A stretch of DNA of 64,000 nucleotides from Sodaliphilus sp. (GCA_963640305.1 CAVHYX010000014.1:6906-70905); one strand, 5' to 3'; counted from the first letter of the stretch, positions 40,462 to 50,609 are shown. The notes: a model not told the origin generated them from the sequence alone. Numbers and translations are program-made.

Positions 40462-41127
40462 ATGAAGCAAAACTATCAGCTTGTGCTGGAGCAAACCCTG
40501 CAAGGCCTGCAAACGGCGGAGCGTCCCCCCCTGCTGCTGCATAGCTGCTGCGGCCCCTGCTCCTCCTATGTCATGGAGTATCTGGCGCAATATTTCAATA
40601 TCACAATCTTTTATTATAATCCCAACATTTCCCCCGCGGAGGAATTTGAATTTCGCGCCGCCGAGCAGCAGCGTCTGATTCAGGAAATGAACCTCGGCGT
40701 AAAATTCCTCTTGGGCAAATATGAGCCGGAGCGTTTTTCCGCCTTGGCAAAGGGGCATGAAGCCGAGCCGGAGGGCGGTACGCGCTGCTTTCTCTGCTAC
40801 CGTCTGCGTCTCACAGAGGCAGCGAAAATCGCAAAGGAAAGCGGTTTTTCCTATTTCACCACCACTCTCTCCATCAGCCCCCATAAAAACGCGCAGATTC
40901 TGAACGAATTGGGGCGGGAAATTTCCGATGCCTTCGGCGTGCCCTATCTCTATTCCGATTTCAAGAAGAAAAACGGCTATCGTCGCTCCTGCGAGCTGTC
41001 CGCCACCTATCACCTCTATCGGCAGGATTATTGCGGCTGCCCCTTCTCCAAGGCGGAGGCCGCGGAACGCAAGCGCCGCGCAGAAAAGAAAGAAGAAAGG
41101 GAGTCTGAAAATGTCGCAAAAAAATAA
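40462..41127 (+). CDS. queH: Epoxyqueuosine reductase QueH (DUF208)
   Basis: LLLHSCCGPCSSY, CFLCYRLRL and YRQDYCGC motifs. Confidence 0.85.
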   Translation: MKQNYQLVLEQTLQGLQTAERPPLLLHSCCGPCSSYVMEYLAQYFNITIFYYNPNISPAEEFEFRAAEQQRLIQEMNLGVKFLLGKYEPERFSALAKGHEAEPEGGTRCFLCYRLRLTEAAKIAKESGFSYFTTTLSISPHKNAQILNELGREISDAFGVPYLYSDFKKKNGYRRSCELSATYHLYRQDYCGCPFSKAEAAERKRRAEKKEERESENVAKK

Positions 41128-41986
41128 AGGAATCTGCTGTATCCTGCTTTCCTCCTTCTCCTTCGCGCTGATGAATCTTTTTGTCCATCTTTCCGGCGAC
41201 TTGCCCTCCGTGCAAAAAAGCTTCTTCCGTAATTTCGTCGCAATGCTTTTTGCCCTGTTGATTCTCCTGCGTGAGCGCCCCGCAATCCGGCTGGACAAAA
41301 CCTCCAAGAGATACCTCCTTTTCCGCTCCGTCTGCGGCACAGTCGGCATCCTCTGCAATTTCTATGCCGTAGACCATCTCGTGCTTGCGGATGCGTCCAT
41401 GCTGAATAAGATGTCCCCGTTTTTCGCCATCCTGTTCGGAATTCTGATTCTAAAGGAAAGCATCCGCCTCTTTCAGGGACTTTGCGTTGCCGCCGCCTTC
41501 ATCGGCGCGCTCTTCGTCATCAAGCCAACCCCCGCAAATCTCGCGTGCTTCCCTGCCCTGATTGGGCTTTTGGGCGGCTTAGGTGCCGGCGTTGCCTATA
41601 CCTATGTGCGCGCCCTTGGTCTAAGAGGCGTAAAGGGGTCGTTTATCGTCTTCTTTTTCTCCGCCTTCTCCTGCCTCGTCACCCTGCCCTATCTCGTTTT
41701 CTGCTACCACCCCATGACCGCGCAGCAGCTTCTGATTCTTCTGCTTGCGGGACTTGCAGCAGCCGGCGGGCAGTTCTCCATCACTGCGGCTTATACCTAC
41801 GCCCCTGCCGGAGAAATTTCCGTATATGATTATAGCCAAATCATTTTCTCGGCAATCCTCGGCTATTGCATTTTCGGGCAGGTTTCCGATGCCTTAAGCT
41901 GGATTGGCTATGGCATCATCACCACAACCGCCGTTGTCATGTTCCTGCATGGCAGCCACGCGCATCCTCTGAAGCAGAAAAGATAA
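41111..41986 (+). CDS. DMT-superfamily (EamA-like) transporter
   Basis: Ten-TM-type hydrophobic protein. Start MSQKNKG at 41111 overlaps the queH end by 17 nt. Confidence 0.75.
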   Translation: MSQKNKGICCILLSSFSFALMNLFVHLSGDLPSVQKSFFRNFVAMLFALLILLRERPAIRLDKTSKRYLLFRSVCGTVGILCNFYAVDHLVLADASMLNKMSPFFAILFGILILKESIRLFQGLCVAAAFIGALFVIKPTPANLACFPALIGLLGGLGAGVAYTYVRALGLRGVKGSFIVFFFSAFSCLVTLPYLVFCYHPMTAQQLLILLLAGLAAAGGQFSITAAYTYAPAGEISVYDYSQIIFSAILGYCIFGQVSDALSWIGYGIITTTAVVMFLHGSHAHPLKQKR

Positions 41987-42009
41987 AAAAAGAAAAAAAG
42001 GAGATTTTT

Positions 42010-42651
42010 ATGCAATTCAAAAGGATTTCTGAAACGCTGAAAAGAATCGAAAACGAGCGCCTACAGCTCCCCATTTTCTACGAAAGCCCCGTGTCGCTGC
42101 GTTTCGAGCTCGGTGACCCTTCTCTGGATATTTTTTTGGATAAAACCCATCTCAACCCGAAATATCTGCGGAGTGCCCTTTGGCGTCTTTCCTTCCTGTA
42201 TGAAAAAATCGCGCCGTTCGATGCCCTGCTTTGGGTGCTGTATCGCACGCCAGATGTAAAAACGGATGTAGATGCCCTTCTTGAGCGCTTCTGTATACTG
42301 ACACACCTTCCCGCCCCTGCGGAGGTCTATCAGCAAACGACAAGCACCGCCGATGATGAGCCAATGACGCGCATTTTCCTCCTCTGGGATATGAACCGGA
42401 CGCCGCCGCAGATTGCGCCCCTGCTTCGTGCCATCCTAGCCACCGATTTCAAGGGCTTTCGCGAGCTGTCCTCCGCCATCTTTTTCTTCGATACCGAGCG
42501 GCATCTCCTGTTCCATCCCTATGATGACCGCGGTGCGGATGTCGTTGCCGCAACCCCCGATACCATCCGTTTTCTGTACGAGGATTGCAAAAATTGGCTT
42601 CTGGCATACGATTTACAACGTATGCAGAAAATTTTCGAACCAAAGGCGTAA
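42010..42651 (+). CDS. Hypothetical protein (possibly DUF3885-like)
   Basis: AAGGAG RBS. The FHPYDDRGADVVA motif resembles what I recall of DUF3885, so the assignment is weak. Confidence 0.5.
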   Translation: MQFKRISETLKRIENERLQLPIFYESPVSLRFELGDPSLDIFLDKTHLNPKYLRSALWRLSFLYEKIAPFDALLWVLYRTPDVKTDVDALLERFCILTHLPAPAEVYQQTTSTADDEPMTRIFLLWDMNRTPPQIAPLLRAILATDFKGFRELSSAIFFFDTERHLLFHPYDDRGADVVAATPDTIRFLYEDCKNWLLAYDLQRMQKIFEPKA

Positions 42652-42701
42652 GACCGCTTTGCCCCCAACACCCCCACAACGGGAATGGCGGGAGAACAAA
42701 A

Positions 42702-42740
42702 ATAAGACTTCCTCTATTTTCAGAGAAAATCTTATTTTTT
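42702..42740 (+). terminator. AT-rich intrinsic terminator after the 42010-42651 gene
   Basis: Stem ATAAGA..CTCT/AGAG..TCTTAT, followed by TTTTTT. Confidence 0.45.
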
Positions 42741-42810
42741 GCCCTGCAAAAAGAAAGGATTTGCTTTTGCAAAATGGATCAAGGGACAGTCTTATAGTAA
42801 TCGTATAAAT

Positions 42811-42840
42811 AGAAAAAAGGGACAGATTTCTCCGCCCCTC
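42811..42840 (-). terminator. Intrinsic terminator after gdhA
   Basis: Minus strand reads GGGGC-loop-GTCCC (one G-U pair), followed by TTTTTTCT. Confidence 0.5.
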
Positions 42841-42885
42841 TTTTTTTCGCTTTTATCGTCTTTGTGTAATCAAACGCAAATTCGA

Positions 42886-44235
42886 TTATACCAAGCCCTG
42901 AGCCATCATAGCAGCTGCAACCTTCTTGAAGCCTGCAATGTTAGCACCGGCAACCAAGTTGTAACCCAAGCCTGCGCCTTCTGCTGCTTCTACAGAAATC
43001 TTGTGGATGTTCTTCATGATGCTATGCAGCTTAGCGTCAACCTCAGCGCCTTCCCAGCTGTATCTCATGGAGTTCTGAGCCATCTCCAGAGCGGAAACAG
43101 CAACACCACCTGCGTTAACAGCCTTAGAAGGAGCAACGATCATGCCGGGTTCAGCCATAGCGCGAGCCAAACCTGCGTTTGTGGTAGGCATGTTAGCTAC
43201 TTCGATGTAGTACTTTGTGCCGTTAGCAATGATCTGTTCGATTTCAGCAACATCCAGCTCGTTCTGGAATGCAGCGGGCATACAAATGTCTGCCTTCTGA
43301 CCCCAAGGCTTCTTTTTAGGGAAGAATTCGCAGCCGAACTTGTCAGCGTAGTCCTGCGCACGGTTTCTGCCGGAGCTTCTCATTTCCAGCATATAGTTGA
43401 ACTTCTCTTCTGTTGTGATACCATCGGGATCGTAGCAGTAGCCGTCGGGACCGGACAGAGTGATAACCTTACCGCCCAACTGAGCAACCTTCATAGCAAT
43501 GCCCCATGCAACGTTACCGAAGCCGGACATAGCAACTGTCTTGCCCTTAATGGTGTCGCCGCAGTGCTCCAGAACTTCGTTCAGGTAGTATGTAGCACCG
43601 TAGCCTGTTGCCTCGGGTCTGAACAGAGAGCCGCCGAACTCCAGGTTCTTACCTGTCAGTACGCCGTTCTCCCAGCAGCCTTTGATTCTCTTATACTGAC
43701 CATACAGGAAACCGATCTCTCTGCCGCCTACGCCGATATCACCTGCGGGAACGTCAACGTCGGGACCGATGTGTCTGTAAAGCTCTGTCATGAAAGCCTG
43801 GCAGAATCTCATAATTTCCATATCGGATTTGCCGTTGGGGTTAAAGTCGGAACCACCCTTGCCGCCGCCGATAGGCAAACCTGTCAGGGAATTTTTGAAA
43901 ATCTGCTCAAAGCCCAGGAATTTTACAACGCCGGAGTATACGTTAGAAGCGAAACGCAGACCGCCCTTGTAAGGCCCGATAGCAGAGCTGAACTGTACTC
44001 TGAAACCACGGTTTACCTGTACCTTGCCTGCATCGTCAACCCATGTTACTCTGAAAGATACCTGTCTTTCAGGCTCAACCAGTCTTTCCAACAGACCCAT
44101 CTTTTCATATTCGGGATGCAGCTCTACTTCCTTCTCGATAGAAGCAAAAACCTCTTCTACTGTCTGGATGAACTCGGGTTCATGTGCGTCTCTTGCCTTC
44201 ACCTGTTCGATGACGCGTTCAATATAAGCGTTCAT
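42886..44235 (-). CDS. gdhA: NADP-specific glutamate dehydrogenase
   Basis: Hexameric GDH motifs (GGGKGGSDF, GFGNVAWG). Confidence 0.95.
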   Translation of the reverse strand: MNAYIERVIEQVKARDAHEPEFIQTVEEVFASIEKEVELHPEYEKMGLLERLVEPERQVSFRVTWVDDAGKVQVNRGFRVQFSSAIGPYKGGLRFASNVYSGVVKFLGFEQIFKNSLTGLPIGGGKGGSDFNPNGKSDMEIMRFCQAFMTELYRHIGPDVDVPAGDIGVGGREIGFLYGQYKRIKGCWENGVLTGKNLEFGGSLFRPEATGYGATYYLNEVLEHCGDTIKGKTVAMSGFGNVAWGIAMKVAQLGGKVITLSGPDGYCYDPDGITTEEKFNYMLEMRSSGRNRAQDYADKFGCEFFPKKKPWGQKADICMPAAFQNELDVAEIEQIIANGTKYYIEVANMPTTNAGLARAMAEPGMIVAPSKAVNAGGVAVSALEMAQNSMRYSWEGAEVDAKLHSIMKNIHKISVEAAEGAGLGYNLVAGANIAGFKKVAAAMMAQGLV

Positions 44236-44399
44236 AACTCTTTGACCTCCTATTGTTTATAGAATAACAATTAGTATTTTTTTCCGCACCGTAAAAATGC
44301 GGCTTGCCCCATGCGGTTAGGGCAAAATGAAGAGAAAGCCTCCGAAAACTGCCTTGCTTTTGTGAAGCATAACAAGTCCCACAGCTTCTTTCCGAAAAT

Positions 44400-44408
44400 A
44401 TTATAACA
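44400..44408 (-). promoter_or_regulatory. Extended -10 element (TGtTATAAT) upstream of gdhA
   Basis: About 160 nt upstream of the ATG. The -35 is weak. Confidence 0.45.
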
Positions 44409-44551
44409 CAGATTTCAGAATTGTGTAGTTTTTTTTTCAATATTCCATGATAATTTTTACACAAATTTTCAGCCGAAAAATTATGCAAAAAAACTTTTCT
44501 CCATTTTTCCCTTCGGCAATCTGCCCTCCGCAAAAAAAGAATACTCTCCTC

Positions 44552-45610
44552 TCATTTTTTCTGAAACATCGTGCCAATGTCAAATTTTCGTTTCTCTCGG
44601 CGCTCCGTCTCCGTATTTTCGCAGATAAATTCAATATACCGCCCTGTGCCGATGGCAACGCAGCTTACGGCGTCCTCCGCCACCATGGTATGCACCCCCG
44701 TGCGATTTTGAATGGTTTGATCCAAGCCGTAAAGCAGACTGCCGCCGCCGGTCATGACGATTCCTCTTTCATAAATATCCGCTGCCAATTCGGGCGGAGT
44801 CCGCTCCAAAACGCTGTGTACCGCCTCCGCAATCGTTAAAACAGATTCCTGCAAGGCCTCCAGCATTTCCTCAGAGGTAACGGTAAAGCTTTTCGGTAGC
44901 CCGGTAATCAAATTTCGCCCCCGCACATCCATGCAAACCGACATGGTACGCATAGAAGCAGTGCCGATTTTGATTTTCAACTCCTCTGCCGTTCTCTCGC
45001 CAATCAAAACATTGTGCTTTTTTCGGATATAACGCACAATCGCATCATCAAAATTATCCCCCGCAACCTTGACAGAGGTGCTGAGTACTGCCCCGCCCAG
45101 CGAAATCACCGCAATATCCGTCGTGCCACCGCCAATGTCCACAATCATGCTGCCGCAGGCGCGGGAAATGTCAATGCCCGCTCCGATTGCTGCCGCAATA
45201 GGCTCTTCAATGATATGCACCCGTCTTGCGCCCGCCTGCATGGTCGCATCCTCCACGGCTCTTTTCTCCACCTCTGTCACACTGCTCGGTACGCAAACCG
45301 CAATGGTAGGCTTCACAAAGTTGCGCTTGCCCATTGCCTTTTCAATAAAATATTGCAACATCTTTTCCGTAACACCGTAATCGGAGATAACCCCCTCACG
45401 CAAGGGGCGAATCGCAGCAATGTTGCCGGGTGTTCTGCCCAGCATCCGTCTCGCTTCCTCTCCCACAGCCAGAATCATGTCGGTATCCTTATCAATGGCA
45501 ACCACAGAGGGCTCCCGTATCACAATTCCCTGCCCCCTGATGTAGACCAAAACGGTGGCAGTACCCAGATCAATGCCGATGTTCTCACCGAAACTCATAA
45601 AATCAAACAT
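44552..45610 (-). CDS. mreB: Rod shape-determining protein MreB/Mbl
   Basis: Actin-fold motifs (IGIDLGTA, DIGGGTTD). Confidence 0.93.
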   Translation of the reverse strand: MFDFMSFGENIGIDLGTATVLVYIRGQGIVIREPSVVAIDKDTDMILAVGEEARRMLGRTPGNIAAIRPLREGVISDYGVTEKMLQYFIEKAMGKRNFVKPTIAVCVPSSVTEVEKRAVEDATMQAGARRVHIIEEPIAAAIGAGIDISRACGSMIVDIGGGTTDIAVISLGGAVLSTSVKVAGDNFDDAIVRYIRKKHNVLIGERTAEELKIKIGTASMRTMSVCMDVRGRNLITGLPKSFTVTSEEMLEALQESVLTIAEAVHSVLERTPPELAADIYERGIVMTGGGSLLYGLDQTIQNRTGVHTMVAEDAVSCVAIGTGRYIEFICENTETERREKRKFDIGTMFQKK

Positions 45611-45724
45611 ACCGCTGCTCCTTTGTTCCTTTTTTGTCCTTACAGTATACTGGAATCTTTTCCGCTTGAAAAGACCCGTTTCTGCAAAAACCGATAAATT
45701 TCCCGTTTTTTGCTCTTGCAGCTT

Positions 45725-46909
45725 CTATTGCAGCTTCTCCTGCATCACCTGCAAGCCCTTTTGCAGCTGTGTGTCCTCCTCGGTAGGGATTTCCGTCAGC
45801 GTCGCAGATTCGGCAGCTACCTCCACATCCGGCGCAATCCCGATTCCGTGGATAGAGGTACCGCTTGGCGTATAATATTTCTGTACCGTAATATTCAGTC
45901 CGGAGCCGTCCGGCAGCGTAAACAGCCGCTGCACCAGCCCCTTTCCAAAGGTCTGTGTGCCGACCAGCGTACCGCGCCCCGTATCCTTCACCGCCCCTGC
46001 AAGGATTTCCGCCGCACTTGCACTGTTCTCATTCACCAGAAGCGCTAAGGGAATATCCAGATATTCCGCATCGCATTCCAAATCCTCGCGGTTGCCCTGC
46101 TTATCCAGCGTATACACCATCGTGCCCTCCGGCAGCAGGGCATCGCCCACCTGATAAACCGAACGCACCAATCCGCCGGGGTTATTTCGCAAATCCAGAA
46201 TCAATCCCCGCATCCCCTCTTGCTCCAGGCTCGCAAGGCACGCTTCAAATTGCTCATAGGTGTTCGCCTTAAAGCCGCTGATAAAAATATAACCGATTTC
46301 CTCCGTCAGCATTCGGCAAGCCACGCTTTCCACCTCGACCGTGACCCGCTTCATGGTGGCATCCAATGGCTCCGCCTCGCCTGTGCGCCGCACGGTAAGC
46401 GTCACCTCCGTGCCCTCCTCGCCGCGGATTTTTGCCGCCACATCCGAGAGCTGCTTGCCCTCCATATTCTCTCCGTCCACGCCAATGATAACATCTCCCG
46501 CCAAAAGTCCGGCTTCCTCTGCGGGCTTCCCCTCCATCACACTGCCAATGACGACCTCGCCCTCCTGCGTCATATAAACCTGTATCCCGATGCCGTCAAA
46601 GTTTCCGTTGGTGTTCTCCAGATATTGCTCCATGTTCTCGCGGGAAAGATAATATGTATATTTGTCGCCGACCCCCGCCATCATCCCGACGCAGAGCATC
46701 TCCTCCAGTGCTTCCTCGTCCACCTCGTCCACGTAGTATTTTTCCAGATAGCTTTCTATCATATCCGCCTTTGCCTCACGGCTCATGCTGATTTCAAAGG
46801 GAAGCAGCTGCCACGGAATCATGCGGCAGAGTGGCTTCCAAAGCAGGCTGCAAAGCAGCACCACCACCACCGCCGTGCCAAAGCCCTTCCAAAAATCCTT
46901 TTTCTGCAT
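45725..46909 (-). CDS. S41 family carboxyl-terminal processing peptidase
   Basis: PDZ plus S41 catalytic region (NENSASAAEI, GTQTFGKG). N-terminal membrane anchor. Confidence 0.88.
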   Translation of the reverse strand: MQKKDFWKGFGTAVVVVLLCSLLWKPLCRMIPWQLLPFEISMSREAKADMIESYLEKYYVDEVDEEALEEMLCVGMMAGVGDKYTYYLSRENMEQYLENTNGNFDGIGIQVYMTQEGEVVIGSVMEGKPAEEAGLLAGDVIIGVDGENMEGKQLSDVAAKIRGEEGTEVTLTVRRTGEAEPLDATMKRVTVEVESVACRMLTEEIGYIFISGFKANTYEQFEACLASLEQEGMRGLILDLRNNPGGLVRSVYQVGDALLPEGTMVYTLDKQGNREDLECDAEYLDIPLALLVNENSASAAEILAGAVKDTGRGTLVGTQTFGKGLVQRLFTLPDGSGLNITVQKYYTPSGTSIHGIGIAPDVEVAAESATLTEIPTEEDTQLQKGLQVMQEKLQ

Positions 46910-46974
46910 GGGCGCACCTCCTCGCTTTTTTCATTCTCTCTCATACTATGTTTTTTCCTTCGGAATTATCCTAT

Positions 46975-47015
46975 AGAAAAAGGGGAGGCATTTTTCGTTC
47001 CCAAAAGCACTCCCC
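46975..47015 (-). terminator. Intrinsic terminator, second of a tandem pair downstream of ftsX
   Basis: Stem GGGGAG/CTCCCC with additional inner pairs, followed by TTTTTCT. Confidence 0.65.
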
Positions 47016-47037
47016 CTAATTCTTGATTGGAAATCGT

Positions 47038-47060
47038 AAAACAAAAAATCCGAAACCGGA
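47038..47060 (-). terminator. Short intrinsic terminator, first of the tandem pair
   Basis: TCCG-GTTT-CGGA hairpin, followed by TTTTTTGTTTT. Confidence 0.5.
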
Positions 47061-47132
47061 GCCATGAAATAAAATAACCTCACCGAAAAATCTCTTGTTT
47101 GTCGGAATATCCTCCCAGGCATTTTTCCCTTG

Positions 47133-47201
47133 CTGTCCACACGGGTGTCCGTTTTGGTGTCCACACAGGTGTCCACCCAGTGTCCGATTCCGTCCGTTTC
47201 C
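47133..47201. repeat. Phased 12-nt repeats of GGACAC (minus-strand reading)
   Basis: GTGTCC or close variants on the plus strand at 47133, 47145, 47157, 47169, 47180 and 47190. There is also a 24-nt higher-order unit, GGACACCYGTGTGGACASC. Confidence 0.8.
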
Positions 47202-47225
47202 TCCCAATTTTTTCCATCCTCCGAC

Positions 47226-48125
47226 TTATACCCGCAGATGCTTGCGGATAGAAGAAACGCTGCCGATTACCCCCAGCGCCACCCCAAAGGCAAGCCCAAA
47301 CGGGAACAAAAACCCGAATACATCCCCTGTCAGCCGGAACTGAATAAACTTGATAACCGGCAGATAATCAAAGATTGCACTCGTAATCTTCGCGTAGATT
47401 GGAAATCCCAAAAGCAGCGGCACCAGCGCACCGATCAGCCCAATGATGATGCCCTCTACAATGAACGGCCAGCGGATAAACCAGTCTGTCGCCCCCACAT
47501 ATTTCATAATGTTAATCTCAATCCTTCGATTCATCACGGAAATACGAATGGTGTTAATGATAATCATAACCGAGATTACGCCCAAAAGCAGCATCACCAG
47601 CACACTGCCTACATTAAAGATGCGGCTCGCCTTCAACAAAAGCTCCGTTTCCGTCTGCCCGTGCCGAATATTGTCGATGCCGTCAATGCCGTCCAACGCC
47701 GTCAAAACCGCATCCTGATTTTCAATACTGTCCAGAGTAATCGAGAAGGAATGGGACAGCGGGTTGTTCTCTCCGTCCAGCCCGACAAAAATATCCTCCT
47801 CTGCACCCCAGTCCTTTTTCAGTTGATCCAGCGCATCTATCGGAGAAATGTATTCCACATCTTGCACATGGTCTATCTTCGCGATGTCCTTCTTCATCTG
47901 CTCGATTTCCTCTCCGCTCAGCTCCCCCTTCAGGAAAACGGAGATACCGATGGAGTCCTCCATCTGTGCCAGCATATACTGCAAATTGCTCCCCACGCAG
48001 TAAGAAAAGGACAAAATCGAAATGCAGGCGGCAACGGCAACGATAGATGCCATGGTCATCAGCATATTCTTTTTTAAGCCGCTGAGCCCCTCTCTCACAA
48101 AATATTTAATCGTACTAGGCTTCAT
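47226..48125 (-). CDS. ftsX: Cell division permease-like protein FtsX
   Basis: FtsX topology and motifs. ATG at 48125 has AGGTGG 8 nt upstream; the ORF-track start at 48146 is TTG. Confidence 0.88.
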   Translation of the reverse strand: MKPSTIKYFVREGLSGLKKNMLMTMASIVAVAACISILSFSYCVGSNLQYMLAQMEDSIGISVFLKGELSGEEIEQMKKDIAKIDHVQDVEYISPIDALDQLKKDWGAEEDIFVGLDGENNPLSHSFSITLDSIENQDAVLTALDGIDGIDNIRHGQTETELLLKASRIFNVGSVLVMLLLGVISVMIIINTIRISVMNRRIEINIMKYVGATDWFIRWPFIVEGIIIGLIGALVPLLLGFPIYAKITSAIFDYLPVIKFIQFRLTGDVFGFLFPFGLAFGVALGVIGSVSSIRKHLRV

Positions 48126-48801
48126 CGCTATAACCACCTTTTTCAATATCTCTGATAATATGCCCGTTTTTCAGCGTCACAACCCGCTTCTGCATGGCAT
48201 CCACAATGTCCCGCGCATGGGTCGCCATCACAATAGTCGTCCCGCGTTGGTTGATGTCGTCCAACAGCTTCATAATGCCGTAGGCGGTATCCGGATCCAA
48301 ATTCCCCGTCGGCTCATCGCAAATCAAAATCGGCGGATTATTGGCAATTGCCCGCGCCAGCGCCGTTCTCTGCTGCTCCCCGCCGGAAAGCTGATTGGGG
48401 TAGCTTCTGCCCTTTTGCCCCAGCCCGACCAGCGAAAGCACAGCCGGCACATTCCTGCGGATGATGCGCCCGGGTGCCTCAATCACACGCATGGCAAACG
48501 CCACATTTTCATATACCGTTTTATTCGGAAGCAGGCGGAAATCCTGAAACACAACACCCAGATTGCGGCGCAGATAGGGAATCTGCCTTCTGCTCAACGT
48601 ATTCGTTTTCACCTGATTGATTACAATTTCCCCCTCAGTCGGATCCAACTCCTTCAGAAGCAGCTTCATCAGGGTGGATTTCCCCGACCCGCTGGAGCCA
48701 ACGATAAACACAAATTCCCCTTTTTGGATATGCAGGTGGATATTCTCCACACCCATAGAGCCGTTGGGATATATTTTTGTTACGTTATTCATGTGAATCA
48801 T
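48115..48801 (-). CDS. ftsE: Cell division ATP-binding protein FtsE
   Basis: ABC ATPase Walker A GSSGSGKST and signature LSGGEQQR. Start MIHMNNV at 48801. Confidence 0.92.
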   Translation of the reverse strand: MIHMNNVTKIYPNGSMGVENIHLHIQKGEFVFIVGSSGSGKSTLMKLLLKELDPTEGEIVINQVKTNTLSRRQIPYLRRNLGVVFQDFRLLPNKTVYENVAFAMRVIEAPGRIIRRNVPAVLSLVGLGQKGRSYPNQLSGGEQQRTALARAIANNPPILICDEPTGNLDPDTAYGIMKLLDDINQRGTTIVMATHARDIVDAMQKRVVTLKNGHIIRDIEKGGYSDEA

Positions 48802-48889
48802 AACGCATACATCTCCCTTTTCATCAAAAATTTTTCCTGCCGAACAATGCACCGACAAATATCTGCAAAATTCGCTTCGACAGTATTTG

Positions 48890-48918
48890 ATTATAGCACA
48901 AATCCGTACAGGGAACAA
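48890..48918 (-). promoter_or_regulatory. Sigma-A promoter of ftsEX
   Basis: Minus strand reads TTGTTC-17 nt-TATAAT with a TGn extended -10. Confidence 0.65.
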
Positions 48919-48967
48919 GAGTATATCCGCGCAAGGATCGGCGTTTTGCGGAAAACCACTTTTTCCC

Positions 48968-48995
48968 ATAAAAAAGGGCGAGAAAATTCTCGCCC
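48968..48995 (-). terminator. Intrinsic terminator after the PucR-family regulator gene
   Basis: 8-bp stem GGGCGAGA/TCTCGCCC with loop ATTT, followed by TTTTTTAT. Confidence 0.85.
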
Positions 48996-49029
48996 CTCTT
49001 GTTCTTCTTTTTTCCGTTTCCGGTAGCAC

Positions 49030-50130
49030 TTAATATGCCATTCTGTCCATGTATATCATATATTTGCTGACCATCAACGTAATCTTGAAAATAATCGCAT
49101 CATCAAAGTTCCGCAAATCCAGACCCGTCATCTTTTGCAGCTTATCCAACCTATATACCAGCGTGTTTCTGTGAATATAAAGCTGGCGGCTGGTTTCGGA
49201 AACATTCAGGTTATTCTCAAAGAACTTATTGACGGTTGCCAATGTTTCATCATCAAAATCATCCATCGTCAGTCCATGCAACACCTCTTTGATGAACATC
49301 CGGCACAACGGTAGCGGCAGCTGATAAATCAAACGCCCGATACCCAGCTTTTCGTAGTTGACCACGTACTGCTCCGTCTCAAAAATCTTGCCAACCTCCA
49401 GCGCCATCTTCGCTTCCTTGTAGGAACGGGAAACATCCTTCAGGTCGCTGACAATCGTCCCGCTGGCAATATAAACATTGCTGTTTGTCTCCATGTTCAG
49501 CGTTTCCTCTACCGTCTTTGCAATCCGGTCAATCTCATCCGCCGTTTCCTTTTCCCGCAGCTCCTTCACCAGAATAATGCTGTGCTCATCCACCGCTGTC
49601 ACGAAATCCTTCGTTTTGGCAGGGAAAATGCCCCGCACAATCTCAACCGCATTCATTTCCTTATCAATGTTCGTCTCAATCAGATACACAATGCGATGTA
49701 CATTGTTTTCGATATGCAGCTTCTTTGCGCGGCTATAAATATCCACCAGAAGCAGGTTGTCTAAAAGCAGGTTCTTAATAAAATTATCCTTGTCATATCT
49801 TTCCTTGTAAGCGACCAAAAGGCTCTGAATCTGAAAAGCAGCAATTTTTCCGATTTGATAGCCGGACTCATCCTCGCCCTTCACCTGAATGACATACTCC
49901 GGCACACCATTGTCGTAAATCTTAAAATACTGATAGCCCAAAATCAACTGGCTTTCTGCGGGAGAGCTGATAAAATTCTCCACCGCGTCGATTTGGCGTC
50001 CGATCATGTTTTCCTCTGTGGTGGCAATCACCTTGCCCTCCTTCTCCACAACGCTCAGTTCTTTTCTTGTGATGCTCTTCAATCCGTCGATGGTACTCTG
50101 CAAAATCTGATTTGAAATCATTGCCTTCAC
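49030..50130 (-). CDS. PucR/CdaR-family transcriptional regulator
   Basis: C-terminal PucR HTH region (ETSRQLYIHRNTLVYRLDKL). Confidence 0.8.
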   Translation of the reverse strand: MKAMISNQILQSTIDGLKSITRKELSVVEKEGKVIATTEENMIGRQIDAVENFISSPAESQLILGYQYFKIYDNGVPEYVIQVKGEDESGYQIGKIAAFQIQSLLVAYKERYDKDNFIKNLLLDNLLLVDIYSRAKKLHIENNVHRIVYLIETNIDKEMNAVEIVRGIFPAKTKDFVTAVDEHSIILVKELREKETADEIDRIAKTVEETLNMETNSNVYIASGTIVSDLKDVSRSYKEAKMALEVGKIFETEQYVVNYEKLGIGRLIYQLPLPLCRMFIKEVLHGLTMDDFDDETLATVNKFFENNLNVSETSRQLYIHRNTLVYRLDKLQKMTGLDLRNFDDAIIFKITLMVSKYMIYMDRMAY

Positions 50131-50312
50131 CCCAATACTTTTTCTGTCTGAAATCCGGTTGTTTTGTCTGCCATTCCTCTGTATAAATTGTCCAAAAACC
50201 TCTCTTCACCGAGGTATCAATTTTACCTACGCTTATTTTATAACAAAATGCCAAAAAAAAAAAGAGGAAAGTGCAAAAAAACAGTAAAAATCTCTTTTCC
50301 CCTGATTTTTAC

Positions 50313-50349
50313 ATAAAAACAGGGTCTGTTTTTTATTAAAACTGACCCT
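50313..50349 (-). terminator. Candidate terminator ~270 nt downstream of tagA
   Basis: Stem AGGGTC/GACCCT with a 17-nt loop, followed by GTTTTTAT. Confidence 0.4.
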
Positions 50350-50609
50350 TGATTTTATCAAATAACGCGGAAAGTACGGATTTCCGTCCCAAATACGCGC
50401 TATTTTTCCGCATCATAAAATCCATTCTTCCGAAACTTCCCCATCATTTTTCAGCCGAGAAAAATTCTGTCCTGTCGATATTCCTAAGAATCCTTTTTCC
50501 GAAGTAGTATTCTTTTTTGAAAAAAACACAAAAATGCCCTCGCATCCTGCCCTGATACACGACCTCTGCGCAAGCGCTTTCGCACTGCACAATTTTTCCA
50601 AAAAAAAGC

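Noticed and set aside
40441-41358. A 305-aa minus-strand ORF, plus overlapping ORFs antisense to queH and the DMT gene.
   Set aside because: There is no RBS or family signal, while the plus-strand frames encode clear QueH and transporter sequences.
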